A stretch of DNA of 64,000 nucleotides, taken from NCBI GenBank assembly GCA_002423545.1, contig DIWP01000046.1, positions 32,437-96,436 on the forward strand. The letters run 5' to 3'. The notes under the pieces were generated by a model. That model saw nothing but the letters and a program-made list of their open reading frames with translations. It was not told the DNA's origin and made no database searches. Of this stretch, positions 36,809 to 46,824 are shown piece after piece. Source of the DNA: Thermoleophilia bacterium UBA6103. GTDB lineage: Bacteria; Actinomycetota; Thermoleophilia; UBA2241. Position 1 is the stretch's first letter, and each line of letters opens with the position of its first letter. Position numbers and translations under genes: made by a program.

Positions 36809-38185
36809 TCAGCCCGGGACGGCGGCTCCGCCGGCCGCTCGTCGTTGCACCAGCGCCAGCCCGGTGAATAGCAGCGAGCCGGCGACTCCCACGGCGGCCA
36901 CGACAAGGTAGGCGCCCTGTGGACCGAGCGTGTCGAGGGCCCGGCCTCCCAGCAGCGGCCCCAGGCCGTAGCCGGCCACATAGACGATGGTCCAGACGCC
37001 CATGTAACGCCCGCGCAGGTGGACCGGCGCCATGTGCGAGACCACGGTGGGCACCAGCGCCATGAAGAGCACCACACCGAGAGCGGTGACCACCATGAGA
37101 GCGACCGTCGGCCAGCCCCAGCCGGCGAACGCGATGCCGCCCAGGGCCGAACCGATCAGCAGGCTGCCGATGCCGATCAGCCCGGTGGGATCGCGGCGCC
37201 GCAGGGCCCGCACGACGGGGAACTGGATGACGGCCGAGGTCAGTGAGTAGACGGACAGCAGGAGCGCCCAGCTCGCTGGTCGGACGCCGTAGAGGTCGTT
37301 GAGCAGCACCGGAAGCGTGACCCAGATCTGTGCGAAGCAGTAGGAGGGCGCCAGAGTGGCCAGCATGAGAAGCAGGAAGCGGCGGTCGCGCAGCACCTGG
37401 CGGTAGCCGCCGCGTCTCGCCGGGCGGTCGTCCGGCAGTGTCGGACATTCGAGCGGCGGGGCCGGCTGCGGCGGGGCCGACAAGCCGGGCTCCTCGCATT
37501 CACTGAAGAATCGCTCGTGCGGATCCGCCGGGGCGAGCGGTCCGCCGTCCGCGGCCGCGGGAGTCTCATCGTCTGCGGCCGCCGCCCCGCTTCGAGAGCC
37601 CAGGTCCGGCTTCGTCTCCTTGAATAGCACGATGACCATGAGCGCGAAGAGGCCGCAGACACCGGTCCCGATGACGAACGAGAGCCGGAACGATCCGCTC
37701 GACGCCAGGATCCACGCAGCAAACAGGGGACCGATGGTGGCGCCGGCGCTCACCGCCGTGCGTGTGAGGCTGTAGGCTTCGGCGCGCCGCTCGAAGGGCA
37801 CCAGGTCGGCGACCATCGCGTTGCTGGCCGTGAGGAACATCGACCAGCCGAAGGCCGCCTCGATGCCGAACACGAGGATGATGACCCAGAGGGCCGGCGC
37901 GAACGCCACGCCGAGGTAGAGCAGCATGGTGCCCAGGATGCCGACGACGATCATCGGGCGCCGTCCGATGCGGTCGGTCAGGGCACCGCCCGGGATCTGG
38001 AACGGCAGCCCGATGAACGACATGCTCCCGATGATCAGGCCGATGGTGCTCATCGAGATGCCGAGGCGCTTGTTCAGGTAGAGCGTCTCGAACGGGAAGC
38101 ACATGTCGATCCCGATGAGGAAGATGAAGATGCCGGCGGTGAGCAGCCAGAACTGCCGCGGCAGGCTGCGGAGGCCGGCGCGCAT
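36809..38185 (-). CDS. MFS transporter
   Basis: 12-TM MFS topology with the motif LTDRIGRRPMIVVG and a long Pro/Ala-rich central loop. Start by aa index (MRAGLRSLPRQFW). Confidence 0.7.
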   Translation of the reverse strand: MRAGLRSLPRQFWLLTAGIFIFLIGIDMCFPFETLYLNKRLGISMSTIGLIIGSMSFIGLPFQIPGGALTDRIGRRPMIVVGILGTMLLYLGVAFAPALWVIILVFGIEAAFGWSMFLTASNAMVADLVPFERRAEAYSLTRTAVSAGATIGPLFAAWILASSGSFRLSFVIGTGVCGLFALMVIVLFKETKPDLGSRSGAAAADDETPAAADGGPLAPADPHERFFSECEEPGLSAPPQPAPPLECPTLPDDRPARRGGYRQVLRDRRFLLLMLATLAPSYCFAQIWVTLPVLLNDLYGVRPASWALLLSVYSLTSAVIQFPVVRALRRRDPTGLIGIGSLLIGSALGGIAFAGWGWPTVALMVVTALGVVLFMALVPTVVSHMAPVHLRGRYMGVWTIVYVAGYGLGPLLGGRALDTLGPQGAYLVVAAVGVAGSLLFTGLALVQRRAAGGAAVPG

Positions 38186-38210
38186 CCGGGTGACGGACAA
38201 AGGCGCCACG

Positions 38211-39614
38211 TCAGACCGGCATGGGATCGGACAACCGCTCGGCACGGCCTCGCAGCATCGGTCGCAGCAGCAGGAGGAGCGCGGCTGCGGCGACGCCGGT
38301 GGCGGCGACGATGAGATAGGCCGGCTGTGGGCCGAGCGCCGTGACCACGAGGCCGCCCAGCAACGGACCGAGGCTGTACCCGGCGAGGAAGACGAAGGTC
38401 CACACCCCGAGGTAGCGGCCGCGGATGCGCAGCGGTGCCAGGCTCGAGACGACACCGGTCCCGATCGGCAGCAGGAGCACGTACCCGACGCTGGCGGTGA
38501 TCATGAACAGGAACGTCGTCTCGCCACCGGGTACAAAGACCATCGCGCAGACGCTGCTGCTGACGACCAGCGTAGCGACCGCCTCCACCAGGACCGGGTC
38601 GGTCGAGCGCAAGGCTCGGACCAGCGGATACTGCAGGACGGCGGCCGTGACGGCGAAGACGGTGAGCAGGACACCCCAGTCGCTCGCCGTGAGACCCTGA
38701 GTCGATCCCAGGACCACCGGCAGCGTCACCCAGATCTGCCCCAGGCCGTACAGGGCGAGGATCATGACGGCGCAGAAGGCGAGGAAGTACGTGTCCCTCA
38801 GCACGACGCCGTAGCCGACAGTCTCCTCCTGGCTGCGTGCGGGTCGCGTGTCCGGCTCGAGCGGTCCGGAGGCCGGATGGGCGACGACGACGTCCGTCGC
38901 CGGCTCGAGACCGGCTGCCACGGGATCGATGCGGGCCGCGGCCGGCTCTGTTCCAGCGGCGACCGGTCCCGTCGCCAGGCCGGCTGCGGTCGGCGCCATC
39001 CGGCGCCGGTCCGGGCGTGTCTCCTTGATCGAGGTGACCGTCATGACGAGGAACACGGAGCAGATCCCGGCGCCGATGAGGAACGACAGACGGTAGCGAC
39101 CGCCGGTCAGCAGCGCGGCTGCCAGCAGCGGCCCGATGGCGGCGCCGATGTTGATGACCGTGCGGATGATGCTCAGCGCCTCGGCGCGGCGCTCCACCGG
39201 CACCAGGTCGGCGATCATCGTGTGGGTGCTCGTGAGGAACATCGGCCAGCCGAAGGCGGCGTCGACGAAGAGCACCAGGGCGACCTGCCACGGGCTGTGT
39301 GCGAACGAGAAGCCGACGCAGAAGGTGATGGACCCCAGCACGCCGAGGACCAGCACCGGACGCCGGCCCAGGCGGTCGACCGCCGTCCCGCCGGGGAACT
39401 GCAGCGGCAGGCCCACCAGAGTCATGAGGCCTATCAGTATCCCGGTGGTGGCGACCGAGATGCCCAGGGGGCCGGTCATGTAGAGCGCCTGGAAGGGGAC
39501 CGCCATGTGCACGCCGACGACGTAGAAGAGCGTCCCGGCGATGAGGACCCAGAACTGGCGCGGCAGATCGCGCAGCTCGTGGACGACGGCGGAGTGCAGG
39601 CGAGCCAGATCCAT
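38211..39614 (-). CDS. MFS transporter (tandem paralog of 36809..38185)
   Basis: Same architecture (AVDRLGRRPVLVLG), with a paralogous N-terminus (RDLPRQFWVLIAG against RSLPRQFWLLTAG). Confidence 0.7.
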   Translation of the reverse strand: MDLARLHSAVVHELRDLPRQFWVLIAGTLFYVVGVHMAVPFQALYMTGPLGISVATTGILIGLMTLVGLPLQFPGGTAVDRLGRRPVLVLGVLGSITFCVGFSFAHSPWQVALVLFVDAAFGWPMFLTSTHTMIADLVPVERRAEALSIIRTVINIGAAIGPLLAAALLTGGRYRLSFLIGAGICSVFLVMTVTSIKETRPDRRRMAPTAAGLATGPVAAGTEPAAARIDPVAAGLEPATDVVVAHPASGPLEPDTRPARSQEETVGYGVVLRDTYFLAFCAVMILALYGLGQIWVTLPVVLGSTQGLTASDWGVLLTVFAVTAAVLQYPLVRALRSTDPVLVEAVATLVVSSSVCAMVFVPGGETTFLFMITASVGYVLLLPIGTGVVSSLAPLRIRGRYLGVWTFVFLAGYSLGPLLGGLVVTALGPQPAYLIVAATGVAAAALLLLLRPMLRGRAERLSDPMPV

Positions 39615-39846
39615 AGCGGTCTCCTGATGCTATCCAAGAGGGTGGTCGCCGCGCACATCGGCCCGGCGTGAGGCTGCTCGCGTCCGCGACCGTGGGTGCG
39701 CTCGCGACCGTGGTGCCCCCGGCGCTGCGGCGCGCGGCTCCTGCGCCGCGGCACGCCGTCCCTTGTGCTCTGCGGTGGGGGTTGCCGGCGGCGCGGCGGG
39801 GAAAGAACGGGTCTCAGACCGTCGCCCGGCCGCAAGGAGATACCGC

Positions 39847-40728
39847 ATGAGCACACCCGTCCCGGAATGGCCCACCCTGGCCTATGCGGATTGGGCTCCC
39901 ACGCGCCGCACGCTGCATCTGGTGACGCAGATCGCCGCCAAGCTGCGCGCCAGGCTGGTACCGCCGGCCCCACGGCACCTCGAGCTGGCGCTGGCGCTCA
40001 CCTCGAGAGGCATCACGACCGGCCCCCTGCCGCTGGGCGACCGCTCGCTCGAGATGCGTCTCGATCTGATCGATCACCTGGTGGTGCTGGAACGCAGCGA
40101 CGGCCCTCGCGTCGCGGTGGAGCTGCCGGCGTCCCCCTGTGTGGCCGACATCTGGGTGCAGACCGTGGCGGGCCTTGCGGCGCTGGACGTCCCGGCCCCG
40201 ATCCGGACCCTCTCACCGCAGCCGTTCGAGGGCGTCTCGGATATCCCCATGGATCGCGATCGGGCCGCGTGTGCGTACGATCCGCAGGCGGCGACGCGCT
40301 TCTTCAGCGTGCTCACGGCGGTCCACAACGCGTTCCTCGGCTACAGGGCTCCATGGATGACCACGACGACGCTGAGCTTCTGGTCGAGCTCCTTCGACCT
40401 GTCGCTCGAGCACTGGCGTGAGGCGCCGCCGGAGCCGGTCTGGGACGCCGACGTGGGGTCTGCCGACGATATCGACCTGGAGTATGTGATCGCCGGCTTC
40501 TGGCCGGGCGACGAGCGCTTCCCGGAGCCCGCGTTCTACTCCTTCACCGAACCGGCGCCGGCGGGGTACGCGGCTGCCCAGGTGGAGCCTGAGGCCGCCG
40601 GCTGGAGCGAGGAGCTCGGCGAGTTCCTGCTGCGGTACGATGACGTGCGCGCGGCTCCGGACGCGCGCACGGCATTGCTGGATTTCCTGAGAAGCACCTG
40701 CGAAGCCGGCCGTTCGGAGGAGTGGTGA
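39847..40728 (+). CDS. Conserved hypothetical protein (no confident family)
   Basis: An ORF with good coding potential. Start Met (MSTPVPEWP) by aa index. Confidence 0.4.
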   Translation: MSTPVPEWPTLAYADWAPTRRTLHLVTQIAAKLRARLVPPAPRHLELALALTSRGITTGPLPLGDRSLEMRLDLIDHLVVLERSDGPRVAVELPASPCVADIWVQTVAGLAALDVPAPIRTLSPQPFEGVSDIPMDRDRAACAYDPQAATRFFSVLTAVHNAFLGYRAPWMTTTTLSFWSSSFDLSLEHWREAPPEPVWDADVGSADDIDLEYVIAGFWPGDERFPEPAFYSFTEPAPAGYAAAQVEPEAAGWSEELGEFLLRYDDVRAAPDARTALLDFLRSTCEAGRSEEW

Positions 40729-40761
40729 GGCCGGTCGCTGGAGCCCGGACGCTGGAGTCGG

Positions 40762-42150
40762 ATGATGACTGATGGGCGGTGCGACCGTGACCTGCGGCGG
40801 CGTACCGGTGTGGACCCGCGCCGTGTCGAGCAGCTGCGGCGGCGCGAGGACGAGCGCTTCCGTGAGCTGCATCCGCGCTGTGCGGCGTTGAGCGGCGCGG
40901 CCGAGCGCTCCATGCCGCGTGGCGTGCCGATGTCGTGGATGACCGACTCCTTCGATCACCCTCCTGTCTGGGTCGAGAGTGGCCACGGCGCTCACTTCAC
41001 CTGCGCCGACGGCGTGCGCTTCCTCGATACCAACATCGGCGACAAGAGTACGTTCTGCGGACTCGATCCGGAGCCGGTGGTCCGCGCCGTACAGCGGCGG
41101 CTGGCCGACGGCTGGCAGTTCATGCAGCCGCTCGAGGACGCCATCCCGGTCGCGGAAGAGCTGGCCCGTCGCTGGCGGCGGCCGTTCTGGCAGTTCACGC
41201 TGTCGGCGACGCAGGCCAACGTCGAGGCGGTGCGTCTGGCCCGCCTTGCCACCGGCCGTGACAAGGTCCTGCTGTTCTTCGGCAACTACGCCGGTCACGC
41301 CGACGAGCTGCTGGTGAGCTACAGCGGCGGCGAGCTGCGGCCCCACACCCTCGGTCTGGCGTCGCGGGCGTTCGGCGCCGCCGGCATCGTGCCCTTCAAC
41401 GATCTCGACGCGCTCACGGGGGCGCTCGCGACCGGTGAGTACGCCTGTGTGGTCACGGAGCCGGCGCTGACCAATGTCGGGGTGGTGCTGCCCGAGCCGG
41501 GCTTCCACGATGATCTGCGCCGGCAGACCCGCGAGGCCGGCACGCTCCTGGTGCTCGACGAGACCCACACCCTCATCTGCGGACCGGCCGGCCTGGTCGG
41601 CCGCTGGGGCTTGGAGCCGGACATCGTCACCATGGGCAAGGCCATCGGCGGCGGCGTGCCGCTGGGTGCCTACGGCATGACCGAGGAAGTGGCTGAGGTC
41701 CACCTGCGGGAGCGGGGTCCGGACGGCTCGCCGGGTGAGCTGGCGACCGGCGGCACGCTGTTCGCCAACGGCTTGAGCATGGCCGCCGCCCGGGCGGCGC
41801 TCACCGAGGTTCTCACCGAGGAGGCGTACGGCCGGACCGCCGGACTGGGGGCGCGGCTGGCCGACGGCTTGGAGAGCCTCTTCGGCGACGCGGGCCTCGA
41901 CTGGCCGGTGCATCGGCTGTACGCGCGCTCCGGCTGGTCACTGGGCGGCCGTCTGCCGAGGAACGCTGCCGAGGCCGATCACGACGCCTGGCCGGAGCTC
42001 TCGGCGCTGCAGCACACCTACCTGGCCGATCGAGGCGTCTGGGAGGCGATCAGCTCGGCCGGCCCGGCCGTCTCGGTTGCGGCCTCGGCCGCAGACGTCG
42101 ACGACTATCTGGCCGTGGTCGGCGATCTGGTGGCCGAGCTGACTGCCTGA
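40762..42150 (+). CDS. Class III (PLP fold type I) aminotransferase, glutamate-1-semialdehyde aminomutase-like
   Basis: PLP-lysine region (VLDETHTLICGPAGLVGRWGLEPDIVTMGKAIGGGVPLGAYGMTEE) and FDHPPVWVESGHGAHFTCADGVRFLD. Confidence 0.75.
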   Translation: MMTDGRCDRDLRRRTGVDPRRVEQLRRREDERFRELHPRCAALSGAAERSMPRGVPMSWMTDSFDHPPVWVESGHGAHFTCADGVRFLDTNIGDKSTFCGLDPEPVVRAVQRRLADGWQFMQPLEDAIPVAEELARRWRRPFWQFTLSATQANVEAVRLARLATGRDKVLLFFGNYAGHADELLVSYSGGELRPHTLGLASRAFGAAGIVPFNDLDALTGALATGEYACVVTEPALTNVGVVLPEPGFHDDLRRQTREAGTLLVLDETHTLICGPAGLVGRWGLEPDIVTMGKAIGGGVPLGAYGMTEEVAEVHLRERGPDGSPGELATGGTLFANGLSMAAARAALTEVLTEEAYGRTAGLGARLADGLESLFGDAGLDWPVHRLYARSGWSLGGRLPRNAAEADHDAWPELSALQHTYLADRGVWEAISSAGPAVSVAASAADVDDYLAVVGDLVAELTA

Positions 42151-42354
42151 GACCCGTTCCCGCTCGCCGGCCTGGGGCCGGCACGCCGACCACGGCCGTG
42201 TAGCGCGGATGAAGGCCGCGATCGGTCACCCTGCGCGCGTGGCGACGTTTCGTCCTGCCGCTCACGGGGCAGGTCTGCGTCGTCTTCGTACGAACGCCAC
42301 GCTGGATGCCGGTGAGACCGGCGTTCGTGGCGAACTGACGGTTGGAGGGTACAC

Positions 42355-43122
42355 ATGGAGCACTCGCTGCCGCGGCGCATGGCCGCAGAATTCCTCGGGA
42401 CGCTCTGGCTGGTCCTCGGGGGTACCGGCGCTGCCGTGCTGGCCGCCGGCTTCCCGGACCTGGGGATCGGCTTCCTGGGCGTCGCGCTCGCGTTCGGTCT
42501 CACAGTGCTTACCGGCGCCTATGCGCTGGCGCACGTCTCCGGGGCGCACTTCAATCCGGCCGTCTCGATAGGCCTCTGGGCCGGCGGTCGCTTTCCGGCC
42601 CGCGAACTGCCGGCCTACATCGTGGCCCAGCTCGCCGGCGGCATCGCCGGCTCGGCCATCCTGCTGGCCATCGCCAGCGGCAAGGCCGGCTTCAGCCTCA
42701 GCGACGGCTTCGCTGCCAACGGCTACGGCGACCACTCACCGGGCGGCTACACGCTGGCCGCCGTGATCGTGGCCGAGATCGTCATGACGGCCTTCTTCGT
42801 CTTCGTCATCCAGGGGGCCACCGACAAGCGGGCCCCGGCGGCCATCGGCCCGCTCGCCATCGGCTTCGCCCTCACCCTCATCCACCTGATCACCATTCCG
42901 GTGAGCAACACCTCCGTGAACCCGGCGCGCAGCTTGGCGCCGGCCGTCTTCGTCGGTGACTGGGCGCTGGCGCAGCTGTGGGTCTTCTTCGTGTTCCCGA
43001 TCATCGGCGGCACGATCGGCGGCCTCATCTACCGCTTCGTGATGGAGCGGCCGGGCGGCGCACCGGGCACCGAACGGCTGACCAAAGAAGCGCTGAAGCT
43101 GGAGGACGTGGAGCGCACGTAG
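42355..43122 (+). CDS. aqpZ: Aquaporin Z (MIP family water channel)
   Basis: Two NPA boxes ([10 protein letters not shown] and NTSVNPARS) and a six-TM layout. Confidence 0.85.
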   Translation: MEHSLPRRMAAEFLGTLWLVLGGTGAAVLAAGFPDLGIGFLGVALAFGLTVLTGAYALAHVSGAHFNPAVSIGLWAGGRFPARELPAYIVAQLAGGIAGSAILLAIASGKAGFSLSDGFAANGYGDHSPGGYTLAAVIVAEIVMTAFFVFVIQGATDKRAPAAIGPLAIGFALTLIHLITIPVSNTSVNPARSLAPAVFVGDWALAQLWVFFVFPIIGGTIGGLIYRFVMERPGGAPGTERLTKEALKLEDVERT

Positions 43123-43339
43123 CGGCCTGGCCAGACGACCGACATTGAGTGGCGTGACCGGCCGTCCCCGTGGCGGCCGGTCTGCGTTCGCGGCCGATAG
43201 CGGTCGCGTTCACGACCGGTGGCGACCGGTCGGTCGCTGAGGCCCGGTGGCGACCGGATGGCGCTCCCGGTACCCTCCGGGCAGGTTCCGAAAGGAGCGC
43301 GTGGACGTCACCCGCACACAACGCACCCGCGGCTACGCC

Positions 43340-44227
43340 ATGGTGGCCGTCTCGTACGTCATCATGGGGTCGATCGGCGCCCTCGTCACCTGGGTCGAGG
43401 CGCCGGAGAGCATGCTCGTGGTGCTGCGCATGGCCATCGCCGCCGCGGCCCTCGCCGTGTTCTTCGCGCGCCCCCGGCTGTGGCGCGAGATCCGGCGGCC
43501 CGGCATCTTCAAGCTGCTGGTGATCATGGCCCTGCTGGACTCGGCGACGCTCGTGCTGTTCTTCATGAGCATGCGGCTCACCGACGTCGCCATCGGTATG
43601 TTCCTGTTGTTCCTGTCGCCGCTGTGGGTCGCTCTGCTGGCGCCCACCGTGCTGCATCAGCGGACGGAATGGATCGTCTGGCCGTCGTTCGTCATCGCCA
43701 TGGGCGGCTTGGCCTTCATCATCGTGCCGCCGGTCCTGGGTCAGGACGTACGCTTCTCGGTGTGGGGCGTGGTGTGCGGGCTGCTCGCCGGGATGCTGCT
43801 GGCGGGCTTCATGATGAGCGTCAGCGCGCTGCGCGCCAAGGGCCTGCGCAGCGCCACCATCGTGATCGCCGAAGGAGTCCTGGATACGCTCTTCCTGCTG
43901 CCTCTGGCCGTGGTCCAGACATGGGTGTTCGGCAGCGGCCTCACCGGGCGCGACCTGCTCTCGGGGCTCATCCTCGGCACGGTCTGCACGGCGTTCACCT
44001 ACATGCTGTGGACGGAGGGCGTCGGCTTCATCCCGGTCCAGCACGTGCCGATCCTCGGGTATCTGGAACCGATGGCGGCGCCGCTGTACGCGCTCCTGCT
44101 GGTCGGCGAGGTACCGTCGGGATGGACGCTGCTCGGCGGCCTGCTGATCGTGGCCGCCGGCGCCCTGGTGGTGCTCAAGGGCGAGAAGGAGGTGGCGGCG
44201 GAGGCGGCCGCCGCCCCGGAGAGCTGA
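43340..44227 (+). CDS. DMT-superfamily (EamA-like) transporter
   Basis: 10-TM repeat architecture. Start uncertain (Met at 43340; GTG at 43301 is also possible). Confidence 0.65.
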   Translation: MVAVSYVIMGSIGALVTWVEAPESMLVVLRMAIAAAALAVFFARPRLWREIRRPGIFKLLVIMALLDSATLVLFFMSMRLTDVAIGMFLLFLSPLWVALLAPTVLHQRTEWIVWPSFVIAMGGLAFIIVPPVLGQDVRFSVWGVVCGLLAGMLLAGFMMSVSALRAKGLRSATIVIAEGVLDTLFLLPLAVVQTWVFGSGLTGRDLLSGLILGTVCTAFTYMLWTEGVGFIPVQHVPILGYLEPMAAPLYALLLVGEVPSGWTLLGGLLIVAAGALVVLKGEKEVAAEAAAAPES

Positions 44228-44312
44228 ATGCGGCGTCGCAGATCTGAGTGTGGCGGCGCGGACTGAGCAGGGTCCGCCGGCCCCGCCCGGCCGGCGTGCC
44301 TTCGACCTCCTC

Positions 44313-44876
44313 TCAGGGACTCACGCCCACGGTGCGGAAGAGCCACAAGGCACTCACCCACCACACGGCCAGTAGCAGGACGAAGACCAGACCGCCGGTG
44401 AGCGCGAAGGCCCAGTATGGCGAGCGCTTCACGTGGACCACGATGACCTTGGCGGCGAAAGCACCGTAGAGCGCGCAGCCGAGGATCGAATGCACCAGCG
44501 CGCGCGCGGGCGAGGTCGAGAAGCCGACCTCGAAGACGCAGAGGTAGGCGACCGGCAGGGTGAGGACGACGCTGAGCCAGCCGGCGATGCGATGAAAGCG
44601 CCCCAGCCACGGCGGCCGGCGCCACGGCAGCTTGCCGAAGAGCCACGGGCCGGTGAGCGGCTGCGAGGCGGCCACGACCAGCGCCGCGGTGGCCAGCCAG
44701 GCCTTGAGGTAGAACGGCGTGCTGAAGAAGAGCCGGAACTCGCCGCCGGAATAGGGGTCGGCGGCGGTCCGGCGGGCGATCAGCCAGACGACTATCGTGA
44801 TCACCACTCCGGCGGCCGCGGCTGTCAGCAGTCCGCGCGTGGTGTGCGGCGCCCGGTTATCAGTGGTCTCGGTCAC
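44313..44876 (-). CDS. Hypothetical membrane protein
   Basis: Four to five TM helices (GVVITIVVWLIA, AWLATAALVVAAS, IAGWLSVVLTLPVAYLCVF, AFALTGGLVFVLLLAVWWV). The start is estimated. Confidence 0.35.
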   Translation of the reverse strand: MTETTDNRAPHTTRGLLTAAAAGVVITIVVWLIARRTAADPYSGGEFRLFFSTPFYLKAWLATAALVVAASQPLTGPWLFGKLPWRRPPWLGRFHRIAGWLSVVLTLPVAYLCVFEVGFSTSPARALVHSILGCALYGAFAAKVIVVHVKRSPYWAFALTGGLVFVLLLAVWWVSALWLFRTVGVSP

Positions 44877-45163
44877 CGCCTGCTCCTCTCGATGGCGCCG
44901 TCCACTACGACGCTCGTCACGCTGCCAAGAAACATGGCCACCGTCAACGGGCGCACCGTTGCGGCATCGGATCGCGCAGCGTGAGTCTGCCGGCGTCATT
45001 CGGGGGCGGCACCCCCCCGTCTTTCGCGTCCGCGAACGGTCGCCGCGGAGAGGTGCCGTCAACCCCGCCGGGTTGACGCGTGGCTGTGGCCGATGACACG
45101 GTGCCTGGGCCGCAGGGCAGGCGGCACGGGACGTGAAAGGACCGCCGCAGCGCCGTCGGCACG

Positions 45164-46408
45164 GTGGCCGAGCGGCGGGATCGCCAGGGCGCCGTCGGGA
45201 TCATGGACGAGCACAGAGACACATCGATGAGCCACACGGTCGAGGCCGAGCCTCCCGGAGAGCGCCGCAGCGTCAGACGGGCGGCGCGCCGTGCGCGTCT
45301 GGGCCGGCAGCGTCTGCTCGTGCTCGGAGGTCTCGCCCTGGTGGCGCTCGTCGTGGTCGTGGTGATCATGCTGACCGCCGGCGGCAGTGGCGGTGGCGAT
45401 GGCCTGCAGCGCCCGGGGGAGCCACCGATCGGCTATCTGCGCGAGCCCATGGGCGGCAGGAAGTACCGCGTCACCGCCTGGACGCTGGGCGGCGCGGCGT
45501 CGGTGCGCGCCGCCCTGAAGGAGAAGGCGGTCGATGAGATCGACTTCGACTGGTACCACTCCCAGCCGGACGGCAGCGTGCTGGCCCAGAACGAGGATCT
45601 CGACCTGGTCGCCGAGGCGGCCGACGCCGAGGTCAACGTCTTCGCCACGGTCGTCAACTCCCCGAGGTTCGGGGCTGCCTTCAGCGCCGATACGGTCTCG
45701 GCGATCCTTCAGACCCAGAAGACGAGACGCCGCCATGTGCGGGCCCTCGTTCGGCTGGTGCTGGAGAAGGGCTACGACGGCATCGATCTCGACTGGGAGG
45801 AGATGCACGCCGATGATCGCGACCGTCTGTCGCTGTTCGTCGAGGAGCTGGCGGCGGCGCTGCACAAGCGTGGCCGCTTCCTTTCCATCGCCGTCTTTCC
45901 CAAGACATCAGAGCCGGGGAGCTGGTCCGCGCAGCAGGTGATGGATTACGCGCGTCTCGGCGCGGTGGTCGATCAGTTCAAGATCATGCTGTACGCATAC
46001 AGTGGACCCTGGAGCGATCCCGGTCCGCAGGCGCCGTTCGAGTGGGTCGACGAGGTGCTCCGCTTCGCCGGGAGAGAGGTGCCGCCGGAGAAGATCTACA
46101 TGGGCATCCCGTTCTTCGGCTACAGCTGGCGGGCGGGAACGGCGCGGGCCATGACGGCCAGGGAGGTGGCGGCGCTGCCGCAGGCGTTCCTGAGCAACGC
46201 CGCCCGCGATGAGGGCTCGGGCGAGCTGATCCTGAAGTTCACCGACGACTACGGCGTGGCCCATCACGCTTACGTGCAGGACCGCGCCGCAGTGCAGGCC
46301 AAGCTGAAGCACCTGCGTGAGAAGCATCCCGACATCGCCGGCATCTCGATCTGGGCCATGGGCCAGGAGGGTCCGCGCTTCTGGGAGGTCATCCGCACCG
46401 ACCTCTGA
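45164..46408 (+). CDS. Glycoside hydrolase family 18 (chitinase-like / YaaH-like) protein with N-terminal membrane anchor
   Basis: GH18 catalytic motif GYDGIDLDWEEM. TM anchor LLVLGGLALVALVVVVVIMLTAG. The start may be at 45203 or 45227. Confidence 0.7.
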   Translation: MAERRDRQGAVGIMDEHRDTSMSHTVEAEPPGERRSVRRAARRARLGRQRLLVLGGLALVALVVVVVIMLTAGGSGGGDGLQRPGEPPIGYLREPMGGRKYRVTAWTLGGAASVRAALKEKAVDEIDFDWYHSQPDGSVLAQNEDLDLVAEAADAEVNVFATVVNSPRFGAAFSADTVSAILQTQKTRRRHVRALVRLVLEKGYDGIDLDWEEMHADDRDRLSLFVEELAAALHKRGRFLSIAVFPKTSEPGSWSAQQVMDYARLGAVVDQFKIMLYAYSGPWSDPGPQAPFEWVDEVLRFAGREVPPEKIYMGIPFFGYSWRAGTARAMTAREVAALPQAFLSNAARDEGSGELILKFTDDYGVAHHAYVQDRAAVQAKLKHLREKHPDIAGISIWAMGQEGPRFWEVIRTDL

Positions 46409-46489
46409 GGACGGGCGCGCCGGATGCCTCGTCGCCTCGGCGAGCGATGGTGCATCGGTGGACGGGCCGGCCCTCCGCTTGCCTCCCGG

Positions 46490-46625
46490 CGCCGGCCTCG
46501 ATAGTCTCATGACGCTTCTCCGAGTGCCGGATGCCTACGGACTCCCGTCTACGGCGCCGGCGCCGGCAGGGCGCGACAGGGAAACCGTCGCGCCTCCCAG
46601 TGCGGAAAGGAGAGCGCGCTCTCTC
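46490..46625 (+). ncRNA. Candidate Moco/Tuco-class riboswitch-like leader of tupABC (tentative)
   Basis: A GC-rich structured leader with paired motifs (CUCCGAGUGCCGG … CCUCCCAGUGCGGAAAGGAG), about 200 nt upstream of a tungstate transporter. The resemblance is from memory and was not scored. Confidence 0.2.
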
Positions 46626-46824
46626 GTGTTCCCACGCACCGCGGTGTCGCTGACGACGCCGCCGGCCGCGTGACCGGACACTACCCGCGCTGCGCCGCCG
46701 GACGACCGGCGTCTGCGGTCGTGCCTGCGGTCGGCGGCGTCGGGGCGCCGCGCCTGGTGTCGCTGACGATGCCGCTGTCGGTCTCGTGTGAGAAGCGGGC
46801 AGGTCACCCGACTGGAGGTGGGTC

